A DNA stretch of 64,000 nucleotides. Source: Octopus vulgaris. Lineage: Eukaryota. Under the pieces are notes generated by a model. The model worked only from the letters and a program-made list of their open reading frames with translations, did not search any database and was not told the origin of the DNA. Below are positions 13,202-26,466 of this stretch, in pieces (the first letter of the stretch is position 1; each line of letters opens with the position of its first letter). Location: the NCBI GenBank assembly GCA_951406725.2, contig OX597816.1:37882001-37946000 (forward strand). Direction: 5' to 3'. Made by a program: the position numbers and the translations under genes.

Positions 13202-13310
13202 TGACACCTGATGAGATCCAGCCTGCACTGATTGATGTAACACAACTAGCTGTACAATATCTCACCTGTAAGGGACAGCTGCAGGATGGGTCGAAATGAT
13301 AGTTGTGTTG
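13202..13310 (+). ncRNA. Type I hammerhead ribozyme motif in an about 460-bp non-coding element bounded by (AT)n
   Basis: tgacac-CTGATGA-gatccagcctgca...tgcaggatgggtc-GAAA-tgatag-TT-gtgttg; stem II 12 of 13 pairs, stem I 6 pairs including wobbles. Confidence 0.75.
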
Positions 13311-14344
13311 AATAAAGATTCCTCCTAATTCCATTTTCTCTTTCCTTTCATTCATTAATTCATTTTATATATATATACATATATATACACACATATATAT
13401 ATAGCCAACATCATGCAAAAATGATTTATTTTAGTGTATAATAAATTATTATATATGTCTGCACTAGGATGTATGCTATAAATTGCATAGTACTATTGTA
13501 GATTTTTCAAAACAATACAGATATAGAAGGGTAGCTCTTCAGGTCGACAGAATATCATGGTTACATCAATTTTACAACTCTGGTATACACCTACAAAAAA
13601 AAAATCATTTCAAATATATAATGTATGGTACATATAGTGTGTGTGTGTGTATAATTTATATGTAATTGCATCAATAAAAGTAAGTATTAAGTGTTTTAAC
13701 TACAAAACTAAATTTCATGGTTATTCCAGTAATGTTGTTAAATATCTACCAAAACATAGAACTGGTATTTTCTGCAAGTCACATTGCCTCAATAAACTTG
13801 ACATATATCAACAAAAAATAGTTACAAACATTATATTCCTCAGCAAAAGACAGATTTTTTATATTAAAACTGCTTTCTACAGTTGAAGGTACTGAAAATT
13901 TGATCCAGTGAAAAAGGGTTAAGTAAAAATAGATCTCTTTTATTTTATTTTTTTAAATCTTGAGTATTCATTTTTTAGTTAGTGTTTGTATATTTTTTTT
14001 TCATTTACTCTAGTGTGTTAGTGTAGCATTTATCCATGTGTTTGTGTGTTCATCTTTTGAATGCTTTCTTTGTGACACCACGCATTTAAGTATTACAAAA
14101 TAAATTTTTTGAATTCTTTTCTTATTACATTTCATGCCTACATTATTAATGAAATTGATTCTTCACATATTAAACTTGTCTGTTTGTGTATCTATCTACC
14201 TACCTACCTACCTATATATATATATACATACATACACACACATATATAGATAGATAAATCATTGTTGGTCCCACTGTTTGGTTTCTACTCTGGTGATTTC
14301 TCTCCCCATTGTACTGGACTGATATCTTCAATTATTTCCTTTAA

Positions 14345-14564
14345 CCCTTTAGTGTTCAAATTAATATGTCAAAAGTAATCCTTATTCATTTACATTTTAA
14401 AATATTAATCTGGTATTATCTTGTAACTTCAAGATTTGAAAAATGTAATTGTTTATTTTTAGAATGACATTGCAGGGTAGGTGTGAGTTGCTGGTTCTGG
14501 CCAGTTTGAGCATAAAATGAGTAGAATATTCGGGCCGGATACAGCCGGTTTAAACACTAAAGAG
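14345..14564. mobile_element. piggyBac-type MITE
   Basis: TTAA target duplication, CCCTTTAGTG/CACTAAAGAG termini. Confidence 0.8.
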
Positions 14565-14717
14565 TTAAACCATGAGCACCACCATAAAAGTAGTGATAAG
14601 CCATATCCGTGATCTAGTTTTGATGATCTGTTGGAGTCATTTCACTTATAATTGCTAATGCTTCTGTAAGAAGCATGAATACCAAAGTCACGAGTATGTT
14701 GATGGTGTGTAAGAATG

Positions 14718-14785
14718 TGTGTATATATATATACATGTATATGTGTATGTATATATATATATATATGCATTATATATATATGTAC

Positions 14786-14818
<33 letters not shown>

Positions 14819-14849
14819 GATGTGTGTGTGTATATATATATATATATAG

Positions 14850-14888
<39 letters not shown>

Positions 14889-15222
14889 AATATATACATA
14901 CATATACACATGTATGTATATATATATATATATATACATATATACACATGTGTGTATATATATATATATATATGTATATAAATATATATAATACATACAT
15001 ATACACATGTATGTATATATATATATATATATATATACATATATATATACACATGTATGTATATATATATATATATGTACACATGTATGTATATATATAT
15101 ATATATACACATGTATGTATATATATATATATATATATACACATGTATGTATATATATACATATATATACACATGTATGTATATATATATATATACATGT
15201 ATGTATATGCATATATATGTAT
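14718..15222. repeat. Compound (AT)n/ACATGT microsatellite
   Basis: Direct inspection. Confidence 0.95.
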
Positions 15223-17367
15223 AATGTAATAGCTTCTCTTTCAAACATATATAAAAGACACAGTTACACTCCAGTTTGATCTATTTTGACTTGCATTTTT
15301 TTTTTTTTTCATATTTCCTTAACTGGTGCATTATATTTTAGTTGGAAACATTAATATTCCTACCTAAGTGGTCTCCCTTCTCAAAATAAGGTTGTCATCC
15401 ATATAGCTTTGAAAAATTAACTCTGTAACTGTAGACTTAAATTTCATGGTTATTTATTTCAGTAATGTTGTTAAATATCTATCAAAAAATAGAATTGGTA
15501 TTTTCTGCAAGTCTTGTTGCCTCAATAAACTTGACATATCTCAACAAGAAACAGTTCAAACGTGATATTCTACAACAAAAGATAGCTTGCTATATAAAAG
15601 TGCTTTCCGCATTCAAATGTAATGAAATTTTGAGTGGGTGTATCTGATTTGTGTAATAAAAAGGCTAAGGGATTTAGGAATACTACAGGCACAGACATAG
15701 CTTTATAGTTATGAAGTTTGCTTCAGAATCATATGGCTTTGGGCTTGGTCCTATTGCACAGTACCTTGGGCAAGTTTCTTCTATTATGTTGTCCAATGAA
15801 TTTTGAGTGGTAGTTGACAAACTGAAAGATGTCCATTGTGAATATGATTGTGTGTTTTTATGAATGTTAACAACTTGTTCTGAGCTATTGTTAGAAATGG
15901 TGTTTGTTGACATTTCCTGTCAACCAGTTATCCACTAGCTTTGCACTTTTGAATTAATCTGGAATAAGAAGAAAAAAAAATTGAAAAATATTTTATTTGA
16001 AAAAACAAGCAAAAGTTGATGAAAGTTAAGCATTTAGCCACAAAAGTCCTGCTTCAGTTACATCCTGTGTAAGCCATGGTAGCATGGAAAATGAAACGAA
16101 GGAACTATTAGTGTTTTAAACATAAAAGAACTAATAAAGGAAATACAGGGGGGAAAAATCCTTAAATAAAAAAAGAAACTCAAACATAGTTATGCCATCA
16201 ATACAACATTGCATGTGCATACAGACACACATGGTCCAACTTTCATTCCTATAGACAAGTTGCTGCCTCTTATTCATATTAAAGTGGCTTTTAAAATAAA
16301 TGTTATCTGTGCAGGTTAACACAAATCTAAGTTTTATTGTCTTCCATCATGACTATTACAATCCTAGATTTATGTGGTGCTTTATCTAAAATAAACAGCA
16401 ACTTATAAATAAAATAAAAAACAGCTGAATCGAAAGTTAAGTATCAGCGACCAATCTCTGCATGGCCACGTTTTTATCATTGAGATGCAAATGGCCAGTG
16501 CTTTAATTGCCAATTGTTATTAATATTTTAATGGATTTACAGCACATTGCTTCTTGTTACATTCTTATCTGATTTTTTTTTTTTACCTTTTTTGGTGGTG
16601 GGATGCAATTATAGTATTCCAGTTCAATAAACTATTGACTTTTGTCTTATAAAATCACTTGTATATGAATGCAACAAACTTTGATTTGAATTAAACATTG
16701 GTGGATGCAATATTCAAGATATGTGTGCATGTGTGTGTGTATGTATGTGCACATGTAATTGTAAGCTGTTGCTGTTCTAGAAAAACAGCTGAAGATTGGG
16801 TTCAATTTTCATCTAAGGCAGCTTACACTGCACTTTGTATTAAAACAGATAAGATTGAAGCAATAAATTCCTAACCAATGTTTTTCTGTGATTACTCAGT
16901 ATTGATTTCGAGTTCTTGTTTATTCACTTGTTTATCTTTTACTTGTTTCAGTCATTAGACTGTGGCCATGCTGGGACACTGCCTTGAAGAATTATTGGTC
17001 GAATGCATTGACCCCAGTATTTTTTTTTTTAAGCTTGGTACTTATTCTATCAGTCTCTTTTACTGAACTGCTAAGTTATGGGTACATAAACACAACAACA
17101 TTGGTTGTCAAGCAGTGGTTGGGGACAAACATGGATACAAAGACACACAGTTATATACAACAAGCTTCTTTCAGTTTCCATCTACCAAATCCACTCACAA
17201 GGCTTTGGTCAACCCGAGGCTGTAGTAGAAGCTTGCCCAAAGTGTCAGGCAGTGGAACTGAACCTTGAACCATGTGGTTGAGAAGCAAGCTTCTTAACGC
17301 ATAGCCTCTGGAAAATTCCATAAAGTTAATAGCAGAGAGGAATTTTATAAAATTAAAGCAATTGATG

Positions 17368-17950
17368 TAATAATAATAATAATAAAACATTGTGTACAGT
17401 GCTCAGGTGCACTACAACTCATCTAAAGTGTATTTATAATCAGGTGTAGTTTCGGTGGATTTCGGAAAGCACAAGGGCCTTAAAGGATGCAGTGTCATGG
17501 CAGTCAACAACTGACGCAGGCAGTTTATTCCATGCTTCAGCAACTCTGAGCGTGAAGAAATGTTTCCGAAAGTCATGGGAGCTGTGTTGTTTTCTGACTT
17601 TGTAAACATGTCCACATGTGTTAGACACATGGAGATCAAAAAGGTGTTCAGTGTTGTTGTTGGTGAGGTGGTTGATAACTTTGTGGGTGTTTACCAAGTC
17701 CGTCGCCAGAAGCCGGAGCTTCAGGGAAACAAGGCACTCAGAATATGGTAGGTGTCTGATGGAGGGTATGCGTTTGGTTGCACGTCTCTGGACAGATTCC
17801 AAGAGGTCAATGTTCTGAGCAAGATAGGGGTTCCAAACTGATGATGCGAATTCCAAGTGTGGTCGTACCATAGCTGTATACAGTTTTAAATAGATGGCTG
17901 GGGAGTGGCTAACAAAAGTCTTGCTGAGTGATGCCAAGACACCCTCGGCC
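17368..17950 (-). mobile_element. CR1-clade LINE 3' fragment (short related tail at about 28002-28170)
   Basis: LYTAMVRPHLEFASSVWNPY...LLESVQRRATK...RKHFFTLRVAEAWNKLP; (TTA)n tail. Confidence 0.9.
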
Positions 17951-20156
17951 TTAAATGTCTGAGATGATTATAATTATTTGAAATAGAGGTTAAGGAACAG
18001 CTGTCTGGTTTAGATGTTTGTACTTTCAACTTTGGGTTCAGTCCCACTCTGCAGCACCTTGGAGCAAGTGTCTTCTACTACAGCCTCAGGCCAACTAAAA
18101 CAAGTGGATTTGGTTGATGAAAACTGAAAGAAGCCCATTGTGTGTGTATGATATATAATTTATGTATGTGCTTGGGAAACTGAGGATTTGCAACAGGAAG
18201 AGCATCTGTCGCTACAAATTTCATCTGACTCCTGCAAGAATGGAAAAGTGGATGATAAAATGATAACCTATATCTAAACATAATTGTGTGTGTATGTGTG
18301 CATATATATATGAATATTGACATTGTACAGATTTTTTTGTTATCAGCTGTATATCCCTTGTTGAGATAACTACAAGTTGCTCTACACTTTTAAAGACATG
18401 TAGAATTTAAAAAATAACCATTGATAAAGAGGTAAGCAGTGATGACCTGAAAACCATTTAGTTGGAAAGTCCTGCTTCAAATAGTCTCCTTCCAACCCAC
18501 CTTGTTAGTATGACTAAATAGAAGTTAAAGGAATTAATTTCATTGTTAAGAATTGGTTTATTCTCCCATATTCATTGACTGCTTTATATATGGATGTTTA
18601 CATAGTAGGCAACTAATTTCAGACAAGGAACATATTTTTGTTTTTGGTTAACTAATTCAGGAAATAGTGGAGATCTCACGATAGGCAGTAGGCATTAATT
18701 AAATTGTCAGCAAAAGTTCATATCACACTGGCTCAATGTTTAAAAATATTTACTTACAAGCAACAAATGTCTTCATAAACTGGAAAGAATAAAAAACTTT
18801 CTTATCAATTGCAAAAGCTTTACATTCACTGAAGATTTTCAATGATTTTTGAAATGTGTAGCAAAGGAGTGTAGGTCTCTAAGGGATTCAATTTTACAGG
18901 ATCAGTAGTCATCAAGAAGGGAATGAAATTTAGTATGGTCTAAGCAATAATCACTTGTCTTTGTTACCTATAAGAGCTTGTTTGTTATATGAGCATTTTC
19001 CCAAGCTAGTATTGGTTGGATGGAAACTTGAGGTAACTGGATATCCTTTTTGCCACCAATTCTTAAATGTTTTTCAAGTAAGGAATTTAAAATTAAAAAA
19101 AAAATTTTAATGGGCTTTGAAAAGGCAGAGTGTGAGTTAAAAACCACATCAATGTTTTTCTTTGGCAGTAACAAAGCCATGAAACATCAACATTTGAGCA
19201 ACCCAGTATGCATCCATGTGCATGTGTGAGACAGGCTTCTATATAGTTTCAGTCTATCAGTTCCATTCATAAGGCACCAGTCATCCTGAAGCTGTAGTAG
19301 AAGACTAAAGTCCAAGGTGCCCCACTGTGGATTTGAACCTGAAAAACCATACAACCATACCTACACCTCTTTAGGCTGGTAAACTGATAGGTTGAAAAGT
19401 TTTGTTGATGATGTATATTGTCAAGTATTTTCATATTTTGATATAATTACTGACAAAAGGAAGTAAAGAGAATGTGTTGAAGAAAGTTTGGTGTTTGCCA
19501 AGGACAAGAGCCTGGGTCAACAGTTTCAGGTTGATGATTGGAACATTGGTTTTGATGACCATTAAACAACCAAAGAAATAGTCATCGTCGTTCAGCCTTG
19601 ATCAAACTGATCTATGGTTAAGGATGCATTTGGAGATGAAAATTTTTGCTGTAAAAGAAATCCTTTGAAGCCAGGTAAGTTATTCACTTAGTTTTAGATT
19701 TTGCACAGTTTCTGTTTAACAAACTCCATTCATAAAGTATTGATTAATCTGAAACTATGTAGAAGATACTTGCCCTACATATGTTTTGTGGGATCAGCTC
19801 TGGAACCACACGGTTGCAAAGTGAACTTGTTAACCACACAGACATAACTGCAACTGTTATTGGATGCCTGTGCAAGCTGTGATTAATTTGAGATAAACTA
19901 TTGTGTTAATCACCAAATTCATAAACAGAGCTCAGATCCAAAGGAAAATTTCAAAGAATTATCTTTTGTTTCAATCATTGGACTGCAGCTATGCTGGGGT
20001 ACCACCATAAAAGGTTTAGTTGATCAAATTGACCACGGTAGTTATTTTTTAGGGCTCTTTTGCTCAGCTGCTTAGTTACAGGGATGTAAACAAGCCAATA
20101 CCAGTTGTCAAGCAGTGGGTGGAGTGACAAACATGACATAAACACAAAGCTTAAAG

Positions 20157-20187
<31 letters not shown>

Positions 20188-20197
20188 TACATACATG

Positions 20198-20230
<33 letters not shown>

Positions 20231-20599
20231 GTCTGTGTGTGTATGACAGGTTTCTTTGAGTTTTTGTCTACTAAATTCAGTCAGAAGGCTTTGGTTAGCC
20301 TGGGGCTAGATCAGAAGACACATGCACCTGGAATTGATTATGTATTTTTATTAATCTTTATATGACTCCTACTCTACAAACACCATAAATTGTGAAGTAA
20401 ACTTCTTAACTATAGAGCCATAGCTGCACCCTGATCACTCTAAATCAAACAGCTTATGATGTAAGATATTCTAGCACAATCATCCTGTCTTTAGGAGCTA
20501 CATTTTTCAGTGTCCTTCATTTATTACCCTGAGTGTGACTTGAAGGAGATTTGGTTGCTATTTCTAGTTTTTTTTACCATGTCTGTGGGAAGGGTCAGT

Positions 20600-20880
20600 G
20601 TTCATAGCTTTCACAGATCTTCCTAAACCAGTAGGGAAGATGTCATTAACAATTCCTCTTGAACCTTTGCAGGAATGGACAGGGAAGAAATTCCAGAAGG
20701 TCAATCCTTTGGAAAGGAAGGACTGGGTGTAGTTATAAGTACATAGCCTAGGCATTTTAAGCACCATGATAATGAGAAGAGGTGAGACAAGTGGGTAAGG
20801 AGTGCCTGAATAGAGGTGATAATGAGATCAGTCAACTTTGAGCAGTAGAGGTCATTATAGTAGTAGGAAAGGCTTGCTGC
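20600..20880 (-). mobile_element. Old CR1/L2-group LINE 3' remnant
   Basis: Degenerate YYNDLYCSKLTDLI...YTQSFLSKGLTFWNFFP, resembling the SFFPRTxxxWNxLP tail motif. Confidence 0.5.
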
Positions 20881-21517
20881 ACAAATTATTTAGTGACTTT
20901 AGTAAAATTCTTATTTCTTTATTACCCACAAGGGGCTAAACACAGAGGGGACAAACAAGGATAGACAAAGGGATTAAGTTGATTACATCGACCCAGTGCA
21001 TAACTGGTACTTAATTCATTGATCCTGAAAGGATGAAAAGCAAAGTCGGCCTCAGCGGAATTTGAACTCAGAACATAATGGCAGACAAAATACTGCTAAG
21101 CATTTCGCCAGCGAGCTAACGTTTCTGCCAGTTCGCCACTTTATTCGTCTAATTCTGAATATAATAAGCACTTTCCATTGCCTACCTGTGTCTTTTGAAG
21201 GATGTATTTATTTATAACCAAGTAGAATGTGCCTGACAGTTTCACAAACCATAGACACTTCAGCTGATTGTTTTCATATTAACAATTCTCAATGATGTAG
21301 GCCTCCGCAGCATCATTTGACCTGCTAGTTCATAGAAAAGTAGGCCTATTTTCCAGCTTAAGGGCAAAGTGTTAATAGCATCTATTACTCTTCTTTCCAA
21401 CCTGTTTCATGGAACTTTGTGTACTTCTTGTTGCTAAAACTCATTGCCATCCTTGCTTGAAATAACCAGATTTACCTCAGATTATACTCATTATTGTTTT
21501 TGATTAGGCACTCCATA

Positions 21518-21916
21518 TTTTTATATATAAAAGTCAAGTTGTGTGTCTGTCTCCTACGATTTAGATTCCTAACTACTCCCAAATTTTGTGGTGCAGTTTA
21601 ACCAAAACCGGGTATCTTATAGTCGTGATTCATATCAAGCCCTTCTGGGTATTAGCACGCGTCTACGATGAGTCTACGATTTTAAAAAAATTTACCATCA
21701 TTTTTTTCCATTTTAATGCATTTCTTTCGCTATTATATAAGGGAAGTAACTCTCTAAAAATGTCTACGATGAGTCAACGATTTAAAAAGAAATTTACCAT
21801 CATTTTTTTCCCATTTTTAATGCATTTTTTTTGCTATTTTTTGGCTATAACTCTCTAAAAATGCTTATATAGTTATTTCCCTTACAAATCCGAGCAACGC
21901 CGGGCGATACTGCTAG
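21518..21916 (+). mobile_element. Non-autonomous Helitron (same family)
   Basis: Ends ccgagcaacgccgggcgatactgCTAG|T; reverse complement of 5573-5970. Confidence 0.8.
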
Positions 21917-22182
21917 TCTAATATGAAAAAAAAAAAGGTTGGAAGGGTATAAAAAAAAAAAATTTGAATTTTATTTTATTTTTAGAATCGTAATTTCCGA
22001 GAAATGGATATTAAAAATTTAAGACAAAAATTTCCCCATGGGATATGTCTAATCCAATCCATAATGTATGTGTGTGTTATTGTGAGGATATAGATTCCTC
22101 TTGAAAGGGATGTTCATATCCAAAGTTTCCCAATTGACGGTTATCTCTTAAAACTCTCCATTTTCTTCATCATATACTATAC

Positions 22183-22229
<47 letters not shown>

Positions 22230-22311
22230 TTTTTTTGAAATGCATAAAAACTGAAGAAGCACACTCTAAGAAGTAGAGCAGTCAATATTTATTACTGGCG
22301 AAGGCCTGTTT

Positions 22312-22372
22312 ATAAGGTTATCTAGGGTTTCTCGTCACAAAGAGTATTTTTATGGCATATCATCAGCCCTGA
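22312..22372 (-). ncRNA. Degenerate type I hammerhead in the 3' pseudo-LTR of the Penelope element
   Basis: Minus strand tcaggg-CTGATGA-tatgccataaaaa/tctttgtgacga-GAAA-ccctaga-TA-accttat; core intact, stems eroded. Confidence 0.55.
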
Positions 22373-23082
22373 GACTCATTGGCCTATGGCCTCCTTAAAG
22401 TATGGAGAGGGAAACAAACCAGATATAAACAATGGGGGTTATCTCCCTCTTTTGGTGGTCATTGGCTTTGGGCTATGTCAATCTCTTTCAGCTACATCGC
22501 CTGTTGGCTGTGAGGGTTGAAGGTAGGGGGTTATCTTCCGCTCTCATCAGCAATCAATTTCCAGCTGTAGTGTAAATGTTACCATTATTATTGTTATTAT
22601 AGGAATTTCCTGAAATGCAAGCTCAGCCCAGAAATTTCTGTTCTGGAGTTCAGTATGTTCCCTGGTACATGTTAGCTTTTCAGAATTTCCATGTGTTCGG
22701 CTACACATAGCCTGCAGCACGCACTTCATTCCATTTATGTATGAACCCAGACATGGAGGATTTTCCATGATATCGAGTATGGAATTCTGTCTTCCTTCAG
22801 TTGCCAGATATGGCTGGTCAGTGATGTTACATATCTACTTTCTGGAATCCTGAAGGAGGACCTATGGCTGGAGAGTCGTTTCTTGAAGGAAGTTCCCATG
22901 CATCTGATGTATTTCTTTGGATGTGTGGAGTCGGTGCTGTGCCAAATATTGCTGATGTTGCGGTTGTAGCTGTCGATGTTGTTGGTGCTGTCAGTGTCGC
23001 TGTTGTTGCTGGTGATGTTGTTGATTCTGGTGGGGCTGTTGGTGGTGGTACCACTGGAGGTGGTGGTGGTTGTGTCAGTAGA

Positions 23083-23314
23083 AGGCGGTGAGCTGGCAGA
23101 AACGTTAGCACGCCGGGCGAAATGCTTAGTGGTATTTCGCCCGTCGTTACGTTGTGAGTTCAAATTCCGCCAAGGTCGACTTTGCCTTTTATCCTTTCGG
23201 GGTCGATAAATTAAGTACCAGTTACGGATTGGGGTCGATGTAATCGACTTAATACCTATGTCTGTCCTTGTTTGTCCCCTCTGTGTTTAGCCCCTTGTGG
23301 GTAATAAAGAAATA
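23083..23314 (+). mobile_element. tRNA-derived SINE family B with a 14-bp TSD; other copies at about 23586-23808(+), 20910-21140(-), 27208-27436(-) and 1740-2130(-)
   Basis: gagctggcagaa A box and gagttcaaattcc B box; TSD ggttgtgtcagtag. Confidence 0.9.
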
Positions 23315-25864
23315 GGTTGTGTCAGTAGTGTTACGTCTTCTGTGTGTGTTGCCAGTGGTACATGTGCTGGTGTTATTAAGCCTGCCAATCCTGGTACTGC
23401 TGCTGTTGTTGCTGTTGTGGCAATTGCTGGTGCCGTGGACGATGTTGCTGCTGCTGCTGCTGTTGTTCTTGATGCTAGTGCTGTCAACGATGATGTTGCT
23501 GGGGTTGATGATGTTGGTACTGCTGTTGTTGTTGCTGGTGTTTTCTTCAATGATGATGATGCTGGGGCCATTGGTATTGGTGGGGAGCTGGCAGAATCGT
23601 TAGCACGCCGGGCGAAATGCTTAGCCGTATTTCGTCTGCCGTTACGTTCTGAGTTCAAATTCCGCCGAGGTCGACTTTGCCTTTCATCCTTTCGGGGTCG
23701 ATTAAATAAGTACCAGACACGCACTGGGGTCGATATAATCGGCTTAATCCGTTTGTCTGTGCTTGTTTGTCCTCTCTGTGTTAAGCCCCTTGTGGGTAGT
23801 AAAGAAATAGGTATTGGTGGGGGTGGGGGTAGCATTGGTAGTGTTATGCGGAGGGGCGTGGTCAATGTTACTGTGCAGCTGAAGGTGTTACAATATTTTA
23901 TATTATCGTCATTATTGCCATTTCTCCGGTGGTGGGGTGTCGTTCTCATTGAAAGGGCTACAGTTATTCACATCTATGCCAGTGCATCTGTTAGGGGTGC
24001 TGCAGCCAATATAGTTTGGTCTGTCACTGCTTGAATGAGAGCTGTCAATAGGTATGTTATCCTGTCTGCTATTAGTAAGGTTGGTGTTGGAGGCGATGTC
24101 ACTGCAGTCAATGTTAGTGATGGTGACGGTGCCGTCAGGAATGTAGTGGGCATTTGTTGGTGTTGCTGTTGGTGACTTCAGGAAGGCTGTCCGCAGTGAT
24201 GGTGGCTTTCGTGTCTATGGCTGTCATGGTTCCTGCTGGTGGAATTAGCTGGGTTCGCCAGTATCCTAGCCTGATAGATGACGCCTTTGGTTTTGCAGCG
24301 ACCTTCTACTGGGCAACTGTTGCAGATCCTGCATGAGCAACCCATCTCTCGCCGTTTTTGGGGGCACTAACTCTTAATGCTAGGGAAACAGCTAAACGAG
24401 ACCGTAACATTGTGCCTGTTGAAAATGGGGACGTACTTATGGGAATTAGTAAACTGGGTTTTTTTTTCTCTTTTTACCTGTTTCAGTCATTTGACTGTGG
24501 CCATGCTGGAGCACCACATTTAATCGAGCAACTCGACCCCGGGACTTATTCTTTTGTAAGCCCAGTACTTATTCTATCGGTCTCTTTTACCAAACCGCTA
24601 AGTAACGGGGACATAAACACACCAGCATCGGTTGTCAAGCAATGCTAGGGGGACAAACACAGACACACAAACTCACACTTGCATATATATATACATATAT
24701 ACGACGGGCTTCTTTCAGTTTCCGTCTACCAAATCCACTCACAAGACTTTGGTCGGCCCGAGGCTATAGTAGAATTGTCTATTAACTTAAGGAAAAGTCT
24801 ACCTGCAGGCGTTATAGTGTTAAGGGAGAAGCAGAGGCAGGAACCACATTGTATTCCTGCAGCATTTCCTCCTGTGGGTGTAGGGTTCTAGCATATAGGA
24901 GATGTGGTTCTTGAACCCGCTGGCAGTTAGGGCCTCATTATAGTATGGGGCTATTGCACTGAAGGCCTCTTACTGACACCCTTTACCAGGTTCTTGAACA
25001 CCATGGGTGGGTGGCACAAGGCTGTGTTGATGTATGTTAGCCTCTCGTTTGGTTTGCAGTAATCCCTGTAGATACCGGAGACCAAGTCCAGTGTGACATC
25101 TAAGAAGTCCACTGTGGTGAGATTGGTCTCTATGATTATCTCCAATCCCATGAAACCAAGAATGCTGATTAAGTCCTTCCTAAGCCTATCTAGCATGTGG
25201 CCACTTGCTCCCCTAGAGAGAGCCAGGGCGTCATCCTTGTAGAGGTCAAGGAAAATAGAGGGGAACTATTTCCTAAGGGTATCCAGAACGTACAATCCTA
25301 TAAGGTCGCACATATCAGCACTGTCATAGGCTCCCAGCACTACATCAAACGAACCCGTGGGGTTGGATTGCTTGATCCCTGCTGAACAGTACTGTCTTCC
25401 TGGCATGTATAATGATTTCTATGTCCCTGTCGCTAATGTCAGTGAGGCCCCTAGTGAAAGAAAGCGCTTTGGTCAGTAACCCTTTTGATATAGATGGGTA
25501 AAAATCGACTATATCAAATTGGGTGAACCTTGCTCTAACTCTACCCTTGTTGGTGTTAAACCATGCGGTCACTTCGCTGGTGCTGCGCCACAAGGAGAGA
25601 TAATGGGAAAACAATCCAACATACATTGTTTGAAACAAAAATAGAATGGTCACAGTTGGAAAGTCTTTCAGCAAGACTTAAATTACGCCGCTGTGCCATT
25701 TCCTTCATTTTTAACTTTTTTCAGATTTTTTTTTTCAAAATATGCAGAAAAATATGGAGAATATGATTCTGAAAAAAAATTTCCAAAAACTTTTGTAAAA
25801 TTTTTTTTTAAGAATTTTTTTTTTTTCTAAATATGCGGAAAAATACAGACATTATGATTCGGAT

Positions 25865-26466
25865 AACTTCTTATACTGGTAGAATGTGTCAAAATAAAAC
25901 ATTTTTTTCTCTTGGCTTTCTTGAGAAAATTGTAATTTGTAAGTTTAACGTAGTTTAATTTTTCGAATTTTAACCAATCCTATGGCCTCTATTGAGCTAA
26001 AATCATTTGCTGCGTCTAAAACTGAGACAACATCCTGTCACTAACCCTAACCCTAAATTTTAGCCTTTCGTTTTTTTTTTTCTTAATTGTTAAATTAATT
26101 TAATTGTTACGCGTGTGTCTAAAATTATTCGTTTTGTTTTTGTTTTGAGTTTTTGCTTTCGTTTTTTTTTCTTAATTGTTAAATTAAAATTATTTTCCAT
26201 TGCTTTCGTTTTTTTTTCTTAATTGTTATCCTTAAATTAATTTAACAATTAAGAAAAAAAAAAACGAAAGCTAAAATTTAGGGTTAGGGTTAGTGACAGG
26301 ATGTTGTCTGTTTTAGACGCAGCAAATGATTTTAGCTCAATAGAGGCATAGGATTGGTTAAAATTCGAAAAATTAAACTACGTTAAACTTACAAATTACA
26401 ATTTTCTCAAGAAAGCCAAGAGAAAAAAATGTTTTATTTTGACACATTCTACCAGTATACGAAGTT
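25865..26466. repeat. About 600-bp foldback palindrome with about 235-bp near-perfect arms containing short (TTAGGG)n
   Basis: 25865-26101 is the reverse complement of 26235-26466. Confidence 0.9.

Larger units (their letters stand above)
22240..25562 (-). mobile_element. Decayed, 5'-truncated Penelope-like element (RT plus GIY-YIG endonuclease) interrupted by three SINEs
   Basis: RT motifs FTQFDIVDFYPSI, YKDD and VDFLDVTLDL...KPNERLTYINTALCHPP; linker IFNRHNVTVSFSCFP; endonuclease KYI..GTSFKKRLSSHRSSF...TSLTSHIWQLK. Confidence 0.9.

Noticed and set aside
14615-14695. TTGATGA...GAAT...TC with a nearby hairpin
   Set aside because: Both cores are imperfect and stems I and III do not pair.
23287-24034. 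220-aa and 245-aa Ala/Thr/Val-rich ORFs
   Set aside because: Low-complexity Penelope linker plus a SINE insertion; no splice or homology support for a host gene.
26041-26293. Interstitial telomere or chromosome fusion site
   Set aside because: Only 2-3 units per arm, embedded in a repeat element, and oriented opposite to an end-to-end fusion.
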